Made by a program: the position numbers and the translations under genes | Assembly (NCBI GenBank): GCA_965208575.1 | Contig: CBDBOV010000003.1 | Span: 192,001 to 256,000, forward strand | Length of the DNA: 64,000 nt | Source of the DNA: Spirochaetia bacterium | Lineage (GTDB): Bacteria; Spirochaetota; Spirochaetia; SZUA-6; Bin103 | Direction: 5' to 3' | Notes under the pieces: model-generated | What the model was told of the DNA's origin: nothing | What the model saw: the letters and a program-made list of their open reading frames with translations, nothing else | The model's database searches: none | Shown here: one piece after another, positions 47,657-56,611 of the stretch | How the letters are laid out: every line of letters starts with the position of its first letter | How positions within the stretch are numbered: the first letter of the stretch is position 1

Positions 47657-49411
47657 CTACGGCCGGTCGCCCGGCAGCGGCCAGGTCAGCACCGGCCGGC
47701 GCGCCGCCGTCGCTTCGTCGAGGCGTCCGATGGGCGTGGAGTGCGGTGCGGCGCGGACCAGTTCGGGCGTGGCGGCGGCCTCGGCGAGAATGGCGCGCAG
47801 CGCGGCGATGAAGTGATCGAGGGTGTGCTTGGACTCGGTCTCGGTCGGTTCCACCATCAGCGCCTCCGGAACGATGAGCGGGAAGTAGATGGTGGGCGGG
47901 TGAATGCCGTAGTCGATGAGCCGCTTGGCGATGTCGAGCGTACGGACGCCATGATCCTTCGCCACCCGGCGTGCGCTGAACACCGCCTCGTGCTTGCAGA
48001 TGCGCGGGTACGGCAGCTCCAGGTCGCCGGCGAGAGCGGCGCGCAGGTAATTGGCATTCAACACGGCCAGCCGGCTCATCTCGGCGAGGCCGTCGCCGCC
48101 GAGTGAGCGCAGGTATGCGTAACCGCGCACCGCGTTGTTGAAGTTGCCGTAGAAGGCACGCACGCGGCCGATCGAGCGCGGGCGCCGGTAGTTGTGGCGG
48201 TAGCGGTCGCCGTCGCGGCATACCACCGGCGGCGGCAGAAACGGGGCCAGCTCGGCGGTGACCGCGGTGGCCCCGGCGCCGGGACCGCCGCCGCCGTGCG
48301 GCACGCTGAAGGTCTTGTGCAGGTTGAAGTGCAGAATGTCGGTGCCCAGGTCGCCGGGGCGCGCGACGCCGACCATGGCGTTCATGTTGGCGCCGTCCAT
48401 GTACACCAGCCCGCCGGCCTCGTGCACCGCCGCGGCGATGTCGGTGATGCCCTCCACGAACAGGCCGAGCGTGTTGGGATTGGTGATCATCAGCCCGGCG
48501 ACGTCGTCGCCGAGCGCGTCCTGCAGCGCTGCGAAGTCGAGGCTGCCGTCCTTGCCGGTTGGCACGGTGCGCGCCCGGTAGCCGGCCATGGCGGCGGTGG
48601 CGGGGTTGGTGCCGTGCGCCGAGTCGGGCACCAGCATCGTGGTGCGTTGCCGGCCCGCCGCCTCGTGGTAGGCGCGGATGATCAGCGCGCCGGTCAGCTC
48701 GCCGTGCGCCCCGGCCGAGGGCTGCAGGGATACGGCGGGCAACCCGGCGATCTCGCCGAGCCACTCCTGCAGTTCCCAGAGCAGGCGCAGTGCGCCCTGC
48801 ACCGTTGCCTCGTCCTGGTAGGGGTGGATGGCGGCCAGCCCCGGCAGGTCGGCGACCCGGTCGTTGATCTTCGGGTTGTACTTCATGGTGCACGAGCCGA
48901 GCGGGTAGAAGCCCTGGTCGACCGAGAAATTGCGCCGCGAAGTGTTGGTGAAGTGGCGCACCACCTCCGGCTCCGACAGTTCCGGCAGGGGCAGCCCGGT
49001 GCGCAGCAGCTCGTCCGGCAGCGGCGCGCTGCGCGGTACGTCGAGCGGTGCGAGCTGGACGCCGTTGCGCCCCGGCACCGACTGCTCGAACAGCAGCGGC
49101 GGCGCGGGCAGCAGCCCGGTGTCGACCGGCGCGGCCACGGTCGACGGTGCCGTGCCTGGGAATGGCGTCCGGGCGGCGTCCCGCGTTCCGGCTCCCGCTC
49201 CGCGGCCGGTCTCTGACGACCGCGCGTAGTCCGGCGATGCGCGTGGCGAAGGGGTCCCGGCCGCGGGCGGCGCGCCGGCTTCGGCGCCGCTGGAGGCATC
49301 CGCCGACCGTGCGCTGCCGGGCGTTGCGCCAGGCGGTGGCGCAACCTCGTTGCCCGGCAGCCCCGCTCCGGCGTCTCCTCCGTCCGCGCGGCGGAGTTGC
49401 GCGGCGCTCAT
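47657..49411 (-). CDS. gcvPB: Glycine dehydrogenase subunit 2 with long N-terminal extension
   Basis: PLGSCTMKYNP, SAHGTNPA, NLHKTF; ATG overlaps the gcvPA stop. Confidence 0.93.
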   Translation of the reverse strand: MSAAQLRRADGGDAGAGLPGNEVAPPPGATPGSARSADASSGAEAGAPPAAGTPSPRASPDYARSSETGRGAGAGTRDAARTPFPGTAPSTVAAPVDTGLLPAPPLLFEQSVPGRNGVQLAPLDVPRSAPLPDELLRTGLPLPELSEPEVVRHFTNTSRRNFSVDQGFYPLGSCTMKYNPKINDRVADLPGLAAIHPYQDEATVQGALRLLWELQEWLGEIAGLPAVSLQPSAGAHGELTGALIIRAYHEAAGRQRTTMLVPDSAHGTNPATAAMAGYRARTVPTGKDGSLDFAALQDALGDDVAGLMITNPNTLGLFVEGITDIAAAVHEAGGLVYMDGANMNAMVGVARPGDLGTDILHFNLHKTFSVPHGGGGPGAGATAVTAELAPFLPPPVVCRDGDRYRHNYRRPRSIGRVRAFYGNFNNAVRGYAYLRSLGGDGLAEMSRLAVLNANYLRAALAGDLELPYPRICKHEAVFSARRVAKDHGVRTLDIAKRLIDYGIHPPTIYFPLIVPEALMVEPTETESKHTLDHFIAALRAILAEAAATPELVRAAPHSTPIGRLDEATAARRPVLTWPLPGDRP

Positions 49412-50751
49412 GAAGCGACCGCCTCTACCAGCCGGTCGATGGCGGCGCGGGAATTGAGCTCGGTGGCGGTCAGCAGCCAGCAGCCCTCCAGGCCCAGGTC
49501 GAAGCGGCCCAGGTCGAGGCCGCCGATGATGCCCTCCCGTTCCCACAGCCGGCGGTTCAGTTGCGCCGGAGGCAGCGGCGGGCGCACCACGAACTCGCGG
49601 AAGAAGGGCGCGGTAAACGGGCGGTCGATGCCGGGAAGCTCGGCGAGCCGGGCGGCCAGGTGATGACTGCGGTGGTAGCATTGGTCGGCCACCTCGCGCA
49701 GTCCCGCCGGCCCGAGCGCCGCCAGGTAGATGGTCACCGCGGTGGCGATCAGCGCCTCGTTGGTACAGATGTTGCTAGTCGCCTTCTCGCGGCGAATGTC
49801 CTGCTCGCGCGGTTTCAGGGTGAGCACGAACCCGCGCCGGCCGTCAGCGTCCTGGGCCAGCCCGGCCAGGCGGCCGGGCATCTGCCGGACGTTGCGCATC
49901 GAGGTGGCGAGCAGGCCGACGTAGGGGCCGCCGTAGAACAGCGGCAGGCCGAGCGGCTGCCCCTCGGCGGTGGCGATGTCGGCGCCCAGTTCCCCCGGCG
50001 GGCGCAGCATCGCCTGGGCGACCGGGTCGGCGGACACCACCGACAGCGCGCCGCCGGCGTGGGCCACCTCGCTGAGTTCCGCGACCGGCTCGATCGCGCC
50101 GAGGAAATTGGGGTATTGCACCAGCACGGCGGCGGTCTCGGAGTCGATGGCCGCGGCAACCGCCTGCGGCTCGGTGCGCCCGGTGGTACGGTCGAACGGG
50201 ATGGTGACGATGCGCAGGCCGATACCCGACAGGTAGGTGGCCAGCACCTCGCGGAACTCCGGATGGACCGCCTCGCTCACGGCGATGGTACCGCGCCCGC
50301 GGCGCAGCCGCGCCGCCATCAGCGCCGCCTCGGCGAGCGCTGTGGAGCCGTCGTACATCGACGCGTTGGCCACCTCCATGCCGAACAGCCGGGCAATCAT
50401 GGTCTGGAACTCGAAGATGGTCTGCAGCGTGCCCTGGCTCACCTCCGGCTGGTAGGGGGTGTAGGCGGTGTAGAATTCGCTGCGGAACAGCAGGTGCGGG
50501 ATCAGCGCCGGCGTGTAGTGGTGGTAGGCGCCGGCGCCGAGGAAGCAACTGTGGGTGTCCGTGGAGCCGTTGCGCCCGGCCAGGTCGCGAAACAGCGCGG
50601 CCACCTCCTGCTCGCTGAGCCCGTCCGGCAGGTCGAGGCGCGGGAAGCGGTGCTCGCGCGGGACGTCGGCGAACAGCTCATCGATCGAGTAGACGCCGAT
50701 GGCGTCCAGCATGGCGGCGATCTCCGCCTCGGTGTGGGGGGTGTAGCGCAC
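49408..50751 (-). CDS. gcvPA: Glycine dehydrogenase subunit 1
   Basis: YTPYQPEVSQG, NASMYDG, REKATSNICTN. Confidence 0.96.
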   Translation of the reverse strand: MRYTPHTEAEIAAMLDAIGVYSIDELFADVPREHRFPRLDLPDGLSEQEVAALFRDLAGRNGSTDTHSCFLGAGAYHHYTPALIPHLLFRSEFYTAYTPYQPEVSQGTLQTIFEFQTMIARLFGMEVANASMYDGSTALAEAALMAARLRRGRGTIAVSEAVHPEFREVLATYLSGIGLRIVTIPFDRTTGRTEPQAVAAAIDSETAAVLVQYPNFLGAIEPVAELSEVAHAGGALSVVSADPVAQAMLRPPGELGADIATAEGQPLGLPLFYGGPYVGLLATSMRNVRQMPGRLAGLAQDADGRRGFVLTLKPREQDIRREKATSNICTNEALIATAVTIYLAALGPAGLREVADQCYHRSHHLAARLAELPGIDRPFTAPFFREFVVRPPLPPAQLNRRLWEREGIIGGLDLGRFDLGLEGCWLLTATELNSRAAIDRLVEAVAS

Positions 50752-50763
50752 CGCCGTCTCGGG

Positions 50764-51144
50764 TCAGGGCAGCAGTGCGCCGTAGGCCGTAGCGTCGAGC
50801 AGGGCGGCCTGTTCGTCGGCGAACCGGCTCGGACGCACCTTGATCAGCCAGCCGCCGTCGTAGGGCGACTCGTTGACCCGTTGCGGCGCCGCTTCCAGGT
50901 CGCCGTTCACCGCCGTTACCTCGCCGCTGATCGGCGCATACAGGTCGCTGGCCGCCTTGACGCTCTCGATTACGCCGAACGACTCGCCTTGCACGATCGC
51001 GCTGCCGGCCTCCGGCAACTCGAGGTACACCACGTCGCCGAGCTCGCCCTGGGCATGGTCGGTTATGCCGATGACCGCGAGTTCGCCATCCTGGCGCAGC
51101 CACTCGTGCTCCGCGGTGTAGCGCAGCTCCTCGGGAATGCTCAC
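50764..51144 (-). CDS. gcvH: Glycine cleavage H protein
   Basis: HEW, GITDHAQ, ESVKAAS lipoyl-Lys. Confidence 0.96.
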   Translation of the reverse strand: MSIPEELRYTAEHEWLRQDGELAVIGITDHAQGELGDVVYLELPEAGSAIVQGESFGVIESVKAASDLYAPISGEVTAVNGDLEAAPQRVNESPYDGGWLIKVRPSRFADEQAALLDATAYGALLP

Positions 51145-51216
51145 TTCACTTGCTCCTGGTCCGATAGTGTCGGTCTGCAGGCACTGCCTGCGCATCGAAT
51201 TCCATCGTCTTCTGTT

Positions 51217-52317
51217 TCACGGAGTGACGGCGCTCCTCTTGTAGAAGGGTCGCGCCACCACGGTGGCGGCCTGTGCACGCCCGCGTACCAGGACGGCCAG
51301 TGCGCTGCCCCTGGTGGCATGCTCGCGCGCGACCAGCGCCATGGCAAGGCTGCGTTCCAGCCACGGTCCATAGCTGCCGCTGGTGACCGTCCCGATCTCG
51401 GTGCCGCCGTTGGTGGTGACCCTGAACCCCTGGCGGGCGATGGCGCGGCCGGCGAGGTGCAGGTGCACCAGCCGGCGCGGAACGCCGGCGGCGCGCTGCC
51501 GGGCGATCGCCGCTGCACCGACGTAGCCGTCGCCGCGCGACACGAACCGGCCGAGGCCCACCTCCAGCGGCGACACCCCGCGGGTCAACTCGTGGCCGTA
51601 CAGCGGCATGCTCGCCTCCAGCCGTAGCGTGTCGCGAGCGCCCAGCCCCGCGGCCTGCAACCCCGACGCCGCGCCCGCCTCCAGCAGCGCGTTCCAGAGC
51701 GTCTCGGCGTACTCGGCGGCGACGAACAGCTCGAAGCCGTCCTCGCCGGTGTAGCCGGTACGCGCCAACAGCACCGCGTGGCCGGCCACGCGGTCAGTCC
51801 GGCAGCGGTAGTTGCCGATGGAGGCGACGTCGCCATCCGCAAGTTGCGCCACGATGTCCAGCGCGCGGGGGCCCTGCACGGCAAGCAAAGCGAGCTCGGC
51901 GCTGCGGTCCACCAGCTCGACCCCGGCGCTGCCGGCGGAATCGGCGCGCGCATGGTCGTGCACGGCGTCGGTATTGGACGCGTTGACCACCAGCCGGTAG
52001 TGGCGGTCGGCGAGCCGGTATACGATCACGTCGTCGATGATGCCGGCGGCCTCGTTCAGGACCAGCGAATAGCGCGCCTGCCCCACCGCGATGCGGTCCA
52101 CGTCCGCGCACGTGAGGCGAGCCACCGCGGCGGCGGCGCCGGTGCCGCGCAGGTCAAGCTCGCCCATGTGGCTGACGTCGAACAGGCCGGCGGCGCTGCG
52201 CACGGCGCGGTGCTCGGCGACGATGCCGGTGTACTGCACCGGCATCTCCCAGCCCGCGAACGGCACCAGGCGTGCCCCCAGGCGCTGGTGAACCGAGTGC
52301 AGCGGCGTGCGGCGCAT
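51217..52317 (-). CDS. gcvT: Glycine cleavage T protein
   Basis: FAGWEMPVQY, FDVSHM, RTGYTGEDG, RDTLRLEA. Confidence 0.96.
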   Translation of the reverse strand: MRRTPLHSVHQRLGARLVPFAGWEMPVQYTGIVAEHRAVRSAAGLFDVSHMGELDLRGTGAAAAVARLTCADVDRIAVGQARYSLVLNEAAGIIDDVIVYRLADRHYRLVVNASNTDAVHDHARADSAGSAGVELVDRSAELALLAVQGPRALDIVAQLADGDVASIGNYRCRTDRVAGHAVLLARTGYTGEDGFELFVAAEYAETLWNALLEAGAASGLQAAGLGARDTLRLEASMPLYGHELTRGVSPLEVGLGRFVSRGDGYVGAAAIARQRAAGVPRRLVHLHLAGRAIARQGFRVTTNGGTEIGTVTSGSYGPWLERSLAMALVAREHATRGSALAVLVRGRAQAATVVARPFYKRSAVTP

Positions 52318-52349
52318 ACCACCATGATACCGATCCTGCCGGCACAATT

Positions 52350-52742
52350 CAGCCGCCCGCGGGCCGCTTCCAAGCGCACCTGTATGGCGACCGGCGCCCA
52401 CCCTGCGTCAACGGGCCGATGGCCTGGCCCCAGCCAGCGCGGGCCCTGCCCCAGCGCGCCCACATCGACCCGAGGCCTACCCTGCGTCAACGGGCTAATG
52501 GCCTGCTCTGGCCAGCGTGCGGCGGTGCCATGAGCGACCACATGGCGCACCGAAGCCCAAATTGCGTCAACGGGCTGATGGCCTGAATCAGCCAGCGCAC
52601 GGCGGTCCCAAGAGCGACCACATGGCGACCCGAAGCCCACCCTGCGTCAACGGGCTGATGGCCTGAATCAGCTAGCGCAGGGCGGTCTCAAGCGCGCCCA
52701 CCCGGCGACCCTGCGCCCACCTTGCGTCATCGGGCCGGTGGC
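52350..52742. repeat. Degenerate ~80-bp tandem array (about 5 units), non-coding
   Basis: TGCGTCA core at 52404, 52483, 52563, 52643 and 52723. Confidence 0.9.
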
Positions 52743-52833
52743 GCAACAATGCGGGCGCGGGCGCTGCTCTCGGGCGCGGGCCGCACCAAATGCAGCGCGT
52801 GTCGATCGCGCGGGACTTGAGGAACTACCAGCC

Positions 52834-54432
52834 ATGCCCAGGATGACCGGCGGCCAGGCGCTCGCCCGACAGCTTCACCGCGAGGGGGTGCGGGTGATCT
52901 TCGGCCTGCCCGGCGTGCAGCTCTACCACCTGCTCGACGGGCTCGCCGAGCAGGAAGAGATCCGTTTCATCACCACCCGCCATGAGCAGGCCACCACCTA
53001 CATGGCGGACGGCTACTCGCGCACCGGCGCCGGCATCGGCACGGCACTGGTGGTGCCGGGGCCCGGGCTGCAGAACGCCTCGGCGGGCATCGGCACCGCC
53101 TACTCGGCGTCGTCGCCGATGCTGGTGATCGCCGGCCAGGTGGAGCGCGCCCTGATCGGCGTGGACCGCGGCGTGCTGCACGAGATCAACGATCAGCTCG
53201 ACACCGTGCGCCCGGTGATCAAGTGGGGCAAGCGCATCCTGCACGCAGCCGACGCAGCGCAGGGCGTGCACGACGCGTTCGTGCAGTTGCGGTCGGGCCG
53301 CCCGCGCCCGGTCGAGATCGAGATTCCGCCCGAAGCGCTCGCCGAGAAGGCGGAGGTCGAGCTGCTCGACCCGGCGGAGTGCGAGCGTAGCGCCGCCGGC
53401 GACGCGGAAGTCGCGCGCGGGGCGGAACTGCTCGCCGCGGCCGCCAACCCGGCGATCTGGGCGGGCGGCGGCGTCCATGCGTCCGATGCCCACGAGGCGC
53501 TGCTGAAGGTGGCCGAGCACCTGCAGGCTCCGGTGTTCGCCACTGGCGAGGGGCGCGGTGCGATCTCGGACCGCCACCATCTTTCCCTGGGGCCGATCAG
53601 CTTCGGGCGCGACAGCTACCGCGAACGGCGCGCCGAGCATGACGTGATCCTGGCGGTCGGCACGCGGATGGCGATGCCGGCCCTGCTCAGCGGGCAGCAG
53701 GTGGTGCAGATCGACATCGACCCGGCGGAGGTCGGGCGCAACTACGCCAACACCGCCGGCCTGGTGGGCGACGCGCGCGCCACCCTGGAGGCGCTGCACC
53801 GGCAGTTGCAGGAGCGCCTGGCGCCGCGTCCGAGCCGGCAGGCGGAACTGGAGGCGCTCTATGCGCAGCGATTCGACGGGTCCGCGGAGCCGGAGCCGCT
53901 GAAGTCGTTCATGCGGGCGATCCGCTCCGCGACGCCCGAAGACGGCATCATCGTGCAGGACTTCACCCAGCTCGGCTACTACAGCCGCGCCCACTGTCCG
54001 ATCTATGCGCCGCGCTCCTACATCACCCCGTCCTACTTCGGCACCCTCGGCTACGGCTATCCCACCGCGCTCGGGGCCAAGGTCGGGCAGCCGGAGCGCG
54101 CGGTAGTGCTCATCTCCGGCGACGGCGGCTTCCTGTACAACAGCCAGGAGCTGGCCACCGCGGTGCGCTACGGCATCAACGCCGTGGCGGTAGTGTTCAA
54201 CGACCACGCCTACGGCAACGTGCGCCGCGATCAGCGCCGCCGGTTCGCGGGCCGCGTGTACGGCTCGGAGCTGTACAACCCCGACTTCATGAAGCTGGCG
54301 GAAGCGTACGGCGTACGCGGCATGCGCGCGTTCGGCCCTGAGCAACTGGAGGCGGCCTTGCAGCGCGCCGTCGCCAGCCCGGTCCCCACCCTGATCGAGG
54401 TCCCCGTAGGCGAGCTCCCCATCCCCTACTGA
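52834..54432 (+). CDS. Thiamine-diphosphate enzyme (acetolactate synthase-like family)
   Basis: IFGLPG, RHEQ, GPG, GDGG...N ThDP motif. Confidence 0.92.
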   Translation: MPRMTGGQALARQLHREGVRVIFGLPGVQLYHLLDGLAEQEEIRFITTRHEQATTYMADGYSRTGAGIGTALVVPGPGLQNASAGIGTAYSASSPMLVIAGQVERALIGVDRGVLHEINDQLDTVRPVIKWGKRILHAADAAQGVHDAFVQLRSGRPRPVEIEIPPEALAEKAEVELLDPAECERSAAGDAEVARGAELLAAAANPAIWAGGGVHASDAHEALLKVAEHLQAPVFATGEGRGAISDRHHLSLGPISFGRDSYRERRAEHDVILAVGTRMAMPALLSGQQVVQIDIDPAEVGRNYANTAGLVGDARATLEALHRQLQERLAPRPSRQAELEALYAQRFDGSAEPEPLKSFMRAIRSATPEDGIIVQDFTQLGYYSRAHCPIYAPRSYITPSYFGTLGYGYPTALGAKVGQPERAVVLISGDGGFLYNSQELATAVRYGINAVAVVFNDHAYGNVRRDQRRRFAGRVYGSELYNPDFMKLAEAYGVRGMRAFGPEQLEAALQRAVASPVPTLIEVPVGELPIPY

Positions 54433-54519
54433 CCCACCGACCGGCGACGTGCGGTATTCCCCGGATCGTGATCGGCGAGCAAGGCGACCTGGCAGGGGTG
54501 ATTGCATTGCCTTGGACTG

Positions 54520-54664
54520 TCCGAACAAGGGTGCGAGGGCCGTCGAGGTGTGGTTGGATCGGACGGCGGCAAACTTCATCGATCATCTCCTGTGGTTGCC
54601 TGACGTGGGAGACGATGCCGACTTCAACCGGCCACGCTCGGGGCCGCGGCCGGTTGCGCTGTGA
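54520..54664 (+). pseudogene. Type II TA antitoxin C-terminal remnant
   Basis: NFIDHLLWLPDVGDDADFNRPRSGPRPVAL* resembles VapB/Phd C-termini; the overlapping GTG is followed by an immediate stop. Confidence 0.5.
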
Positions 54665-54712
54665 CCTGATGTGGATTGGGCTGGACCAGGTGGCGTACTA
54701 TCGCCTGAGGCT

Positions 54713-56611
54713 ATGGCGGCGCGCGGACAGCGGAAGAAGACGGGCGGACGAACGCGGCGCGGCTCGCGGGATGGGCGCGGCCGGTTGCGGATCGGCAACC
54801 AGTGGAATGCGATCACCATCATCGCGCTGTCGCAGAACAGTCCGCTGAAGGCGATCGCGGAGTTCGTCGAGAACTCGATCGACGCGCGCGCCAGGAACAT
54901 CACCATTATCCGTGGCCGGGAGCAGGGCGAGCCCTACCTGCGGGTGGTGGACGACGGCGAGGGCATTCGCCTCAACGACGATGGGGTGCCCGACTTCGAC
55001 TACGTCGCCACCCACGTGTGCGACTCGATCAAGCGGCGGCTCAAGGAGCGCGGCGCCACCGGCATTCAGGGTGAGTTCGGCATCGGCCTGCTGAGCTTCT
55101 GGACGGTCGGCGAGCGGATGGTGCTGTCGTCGGCCGCCGCCGACGGCCGGGTGCACGACATGGAGATAGAGAAGGGCGCTCCGCACTACCGGGTCACCAA
55201 GCGGCGGCTGCTGTTCTCGCAGCCGGGCACCGAACTGCTGGTCAAGCCGCTGCTGCCCGGCATCCGCCAGCTCAACCCGGAGCGCATCCAGGCGTTCCTG
55301 GCCAGCGAACTGCGCGAACGGATCCGCTCCTCGGGGGTGCGCATCCGCATCAAGGACCGGCGGGCGCGCAAGGATCTGGAGGTGGTGCCGCGGGAGTTCA
55401 CCGGGAGGCTGTTGCGTGAGATCGGACCGGTCGGCACGCCGGACGGTTCGGTGGAGGTCGAGCTGTACGTCGGGGAGGCGCAGGCCGAGCACCGGGTGGC
55501 GCTGTTTCGCAACGGCACCAGGGTGGTGCCGGACGTAAGCCGGCTGCAGGGACTGGAACGCGAGCCGTGGACCTCCGACCTGCTGCGCGGGCTGATCGAC
55601 GCGCCGTTCCTGCAGCTCACCCCCGGCACCCGCGACGGGGTGGTTTTCGACGCACGCTTCGCGGCCCTGAGCCGGGCGCTGGAGGAGATCGAGCCGCGCG
55701 TCATCGAGCAGGTGGAGCGCGAGCGGGCCGCGGCCGAGGAGGAGGCAAGCCGCAGCATTCTGCGCTCGGTGCGCAAGGCGCTGACCGAGGGCCTGTTGGC
55801 GCTGCCCAACGCCGACTACCAGTGGCTGGAGGTGAACGAACCGCGCCGCACCACGGCCGCCGGCGCCGCCGGCACCGCCACCTCCGCGCCCGGCGTCGGC
55901 CTCGGCGATACGCCGCTGATCGACGCCGCCGACGCCCAGGGTTCCCTGGTGCCGGAGCCCGGCGCCGCCGCTCCCGACGCCGAAGCGCCCGCTTCCGAGG
56001 AGCGCGCGTTCCACGAGCACGCTGGGCCGCTGTACAAGGTGACGGTGTCGCCTGCCTCGGCGGTGGTGAAGGTGGGGGAGACCTGCACCATCCGCTGCCT
56101 GCCCAAGGATCGCCGCGGGCGCGCGATCGAGGCCGGGGTGGAGGTGAGTTGGCAGGTGGTCGAGGGCGCCGGCAGCCTGCGCGACCGCGACCGCGAGGTG
56201 GTGACCTTCGCCGCGCCGGCCGAGCCGGGCCTGTCCGTGATCCGTGTGACCGCCCGCCAGCAGGACAGCGAGTGCAGCGCGGACGCCAGCGTCACCATCA
56301 CCGAGTCGCTCGGCGACCGCTTCGACAGCCCGCAGCAGAACCACGGGCGCGGCATTCCGCGCTATACGTTCCGCCATGCTCCCGGCGAGATGTGGCGCTC
56401 GCGCTACGACGCGCAGAACAACCTGATCGTGGTCAACAACGGCCACAGCGACTTCCGCTACGCGTCCGAGAAGCGGGCGCGCGAGCTGCGCTACATGCTG
56501 CGCCTGTACGCCAAGGAGCTGGTGCTGGAGAACTTCCCCGGCTACGAGCGCGGCGAGCTGCTGGAGCGCATGATCGAGCTCTCCCTGTACGCGGAGGAGC
56601 ACCTGCGCTAG
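54713..56611 (+). CDS. GHKL (MORC/Hsp90-like) ATPase with Ig-like insert
   Basis: EFVENSIDA, DDGEG, GEFGIG and GT motifs; beta-rich VTVSP...VSWQV...VTFAAP segment. Confidence 0.8.
   Translation: MAARGQRKKTGGRTRRGSRDGRGRLRIGNQWNAITIIALSQNSPLKAIAEFVENSIDARARNITIIRGREQGEPYLRVVDDGEGIRLNDDGVPDFDYVATHVCDSIKRRLKERGATGIQGEFGIGLLSFWTVGERMVLSSAAADGRVHDMEIEKGAPHYRVTKRRLLFSQPGTELLVKPLLPGIRQLNPERIQAFLASELRERIRSSGVRIRIKDRRARKDLEVVPREFTGRLLREIGPVGTPDGSVEVELYVGEAQAEHRVALFRNGTRVVPDVSRLQGLEREPWTSDLLRGLIDAPFLQLTPGTRDGVVFDARFAALSRALEEIEPRVIEQVERERAAAEEEASRSILRSVRKALTEGLLALPNADYQWLEVNEPRRTTAAGAAGTATSAPGVGLGDTPLIDAADAQGSLVPEPGAAAPDAEAPASEERAFHEHAGPLYKVTVSPASAVVKVGETCTIRCLPKDRRGRAIEAGVEVSWQVVEGAGSLRDRDREVVTFAAPAEPGLSVIRVTARQQDSECSADASVTITESLGDRFDSPQQNHGRGIPRYTFRHAPGEMWRSRYDAQNNLIVVNNGHSDFRYASEKRARELRYMLRLYAKELVLENFPGYERGELLERMIELSLYAEEHLR

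Noticed and set aside
52350-52742. CRISPR array or tandem glycine riboswitch
   Set aside because: Inter-core segments are homologous to each other rather than unique spacers; no cas genes; glycine aptamer hallmarks (GGAGA...CCGAAG...CTCAGG) not recognisable.
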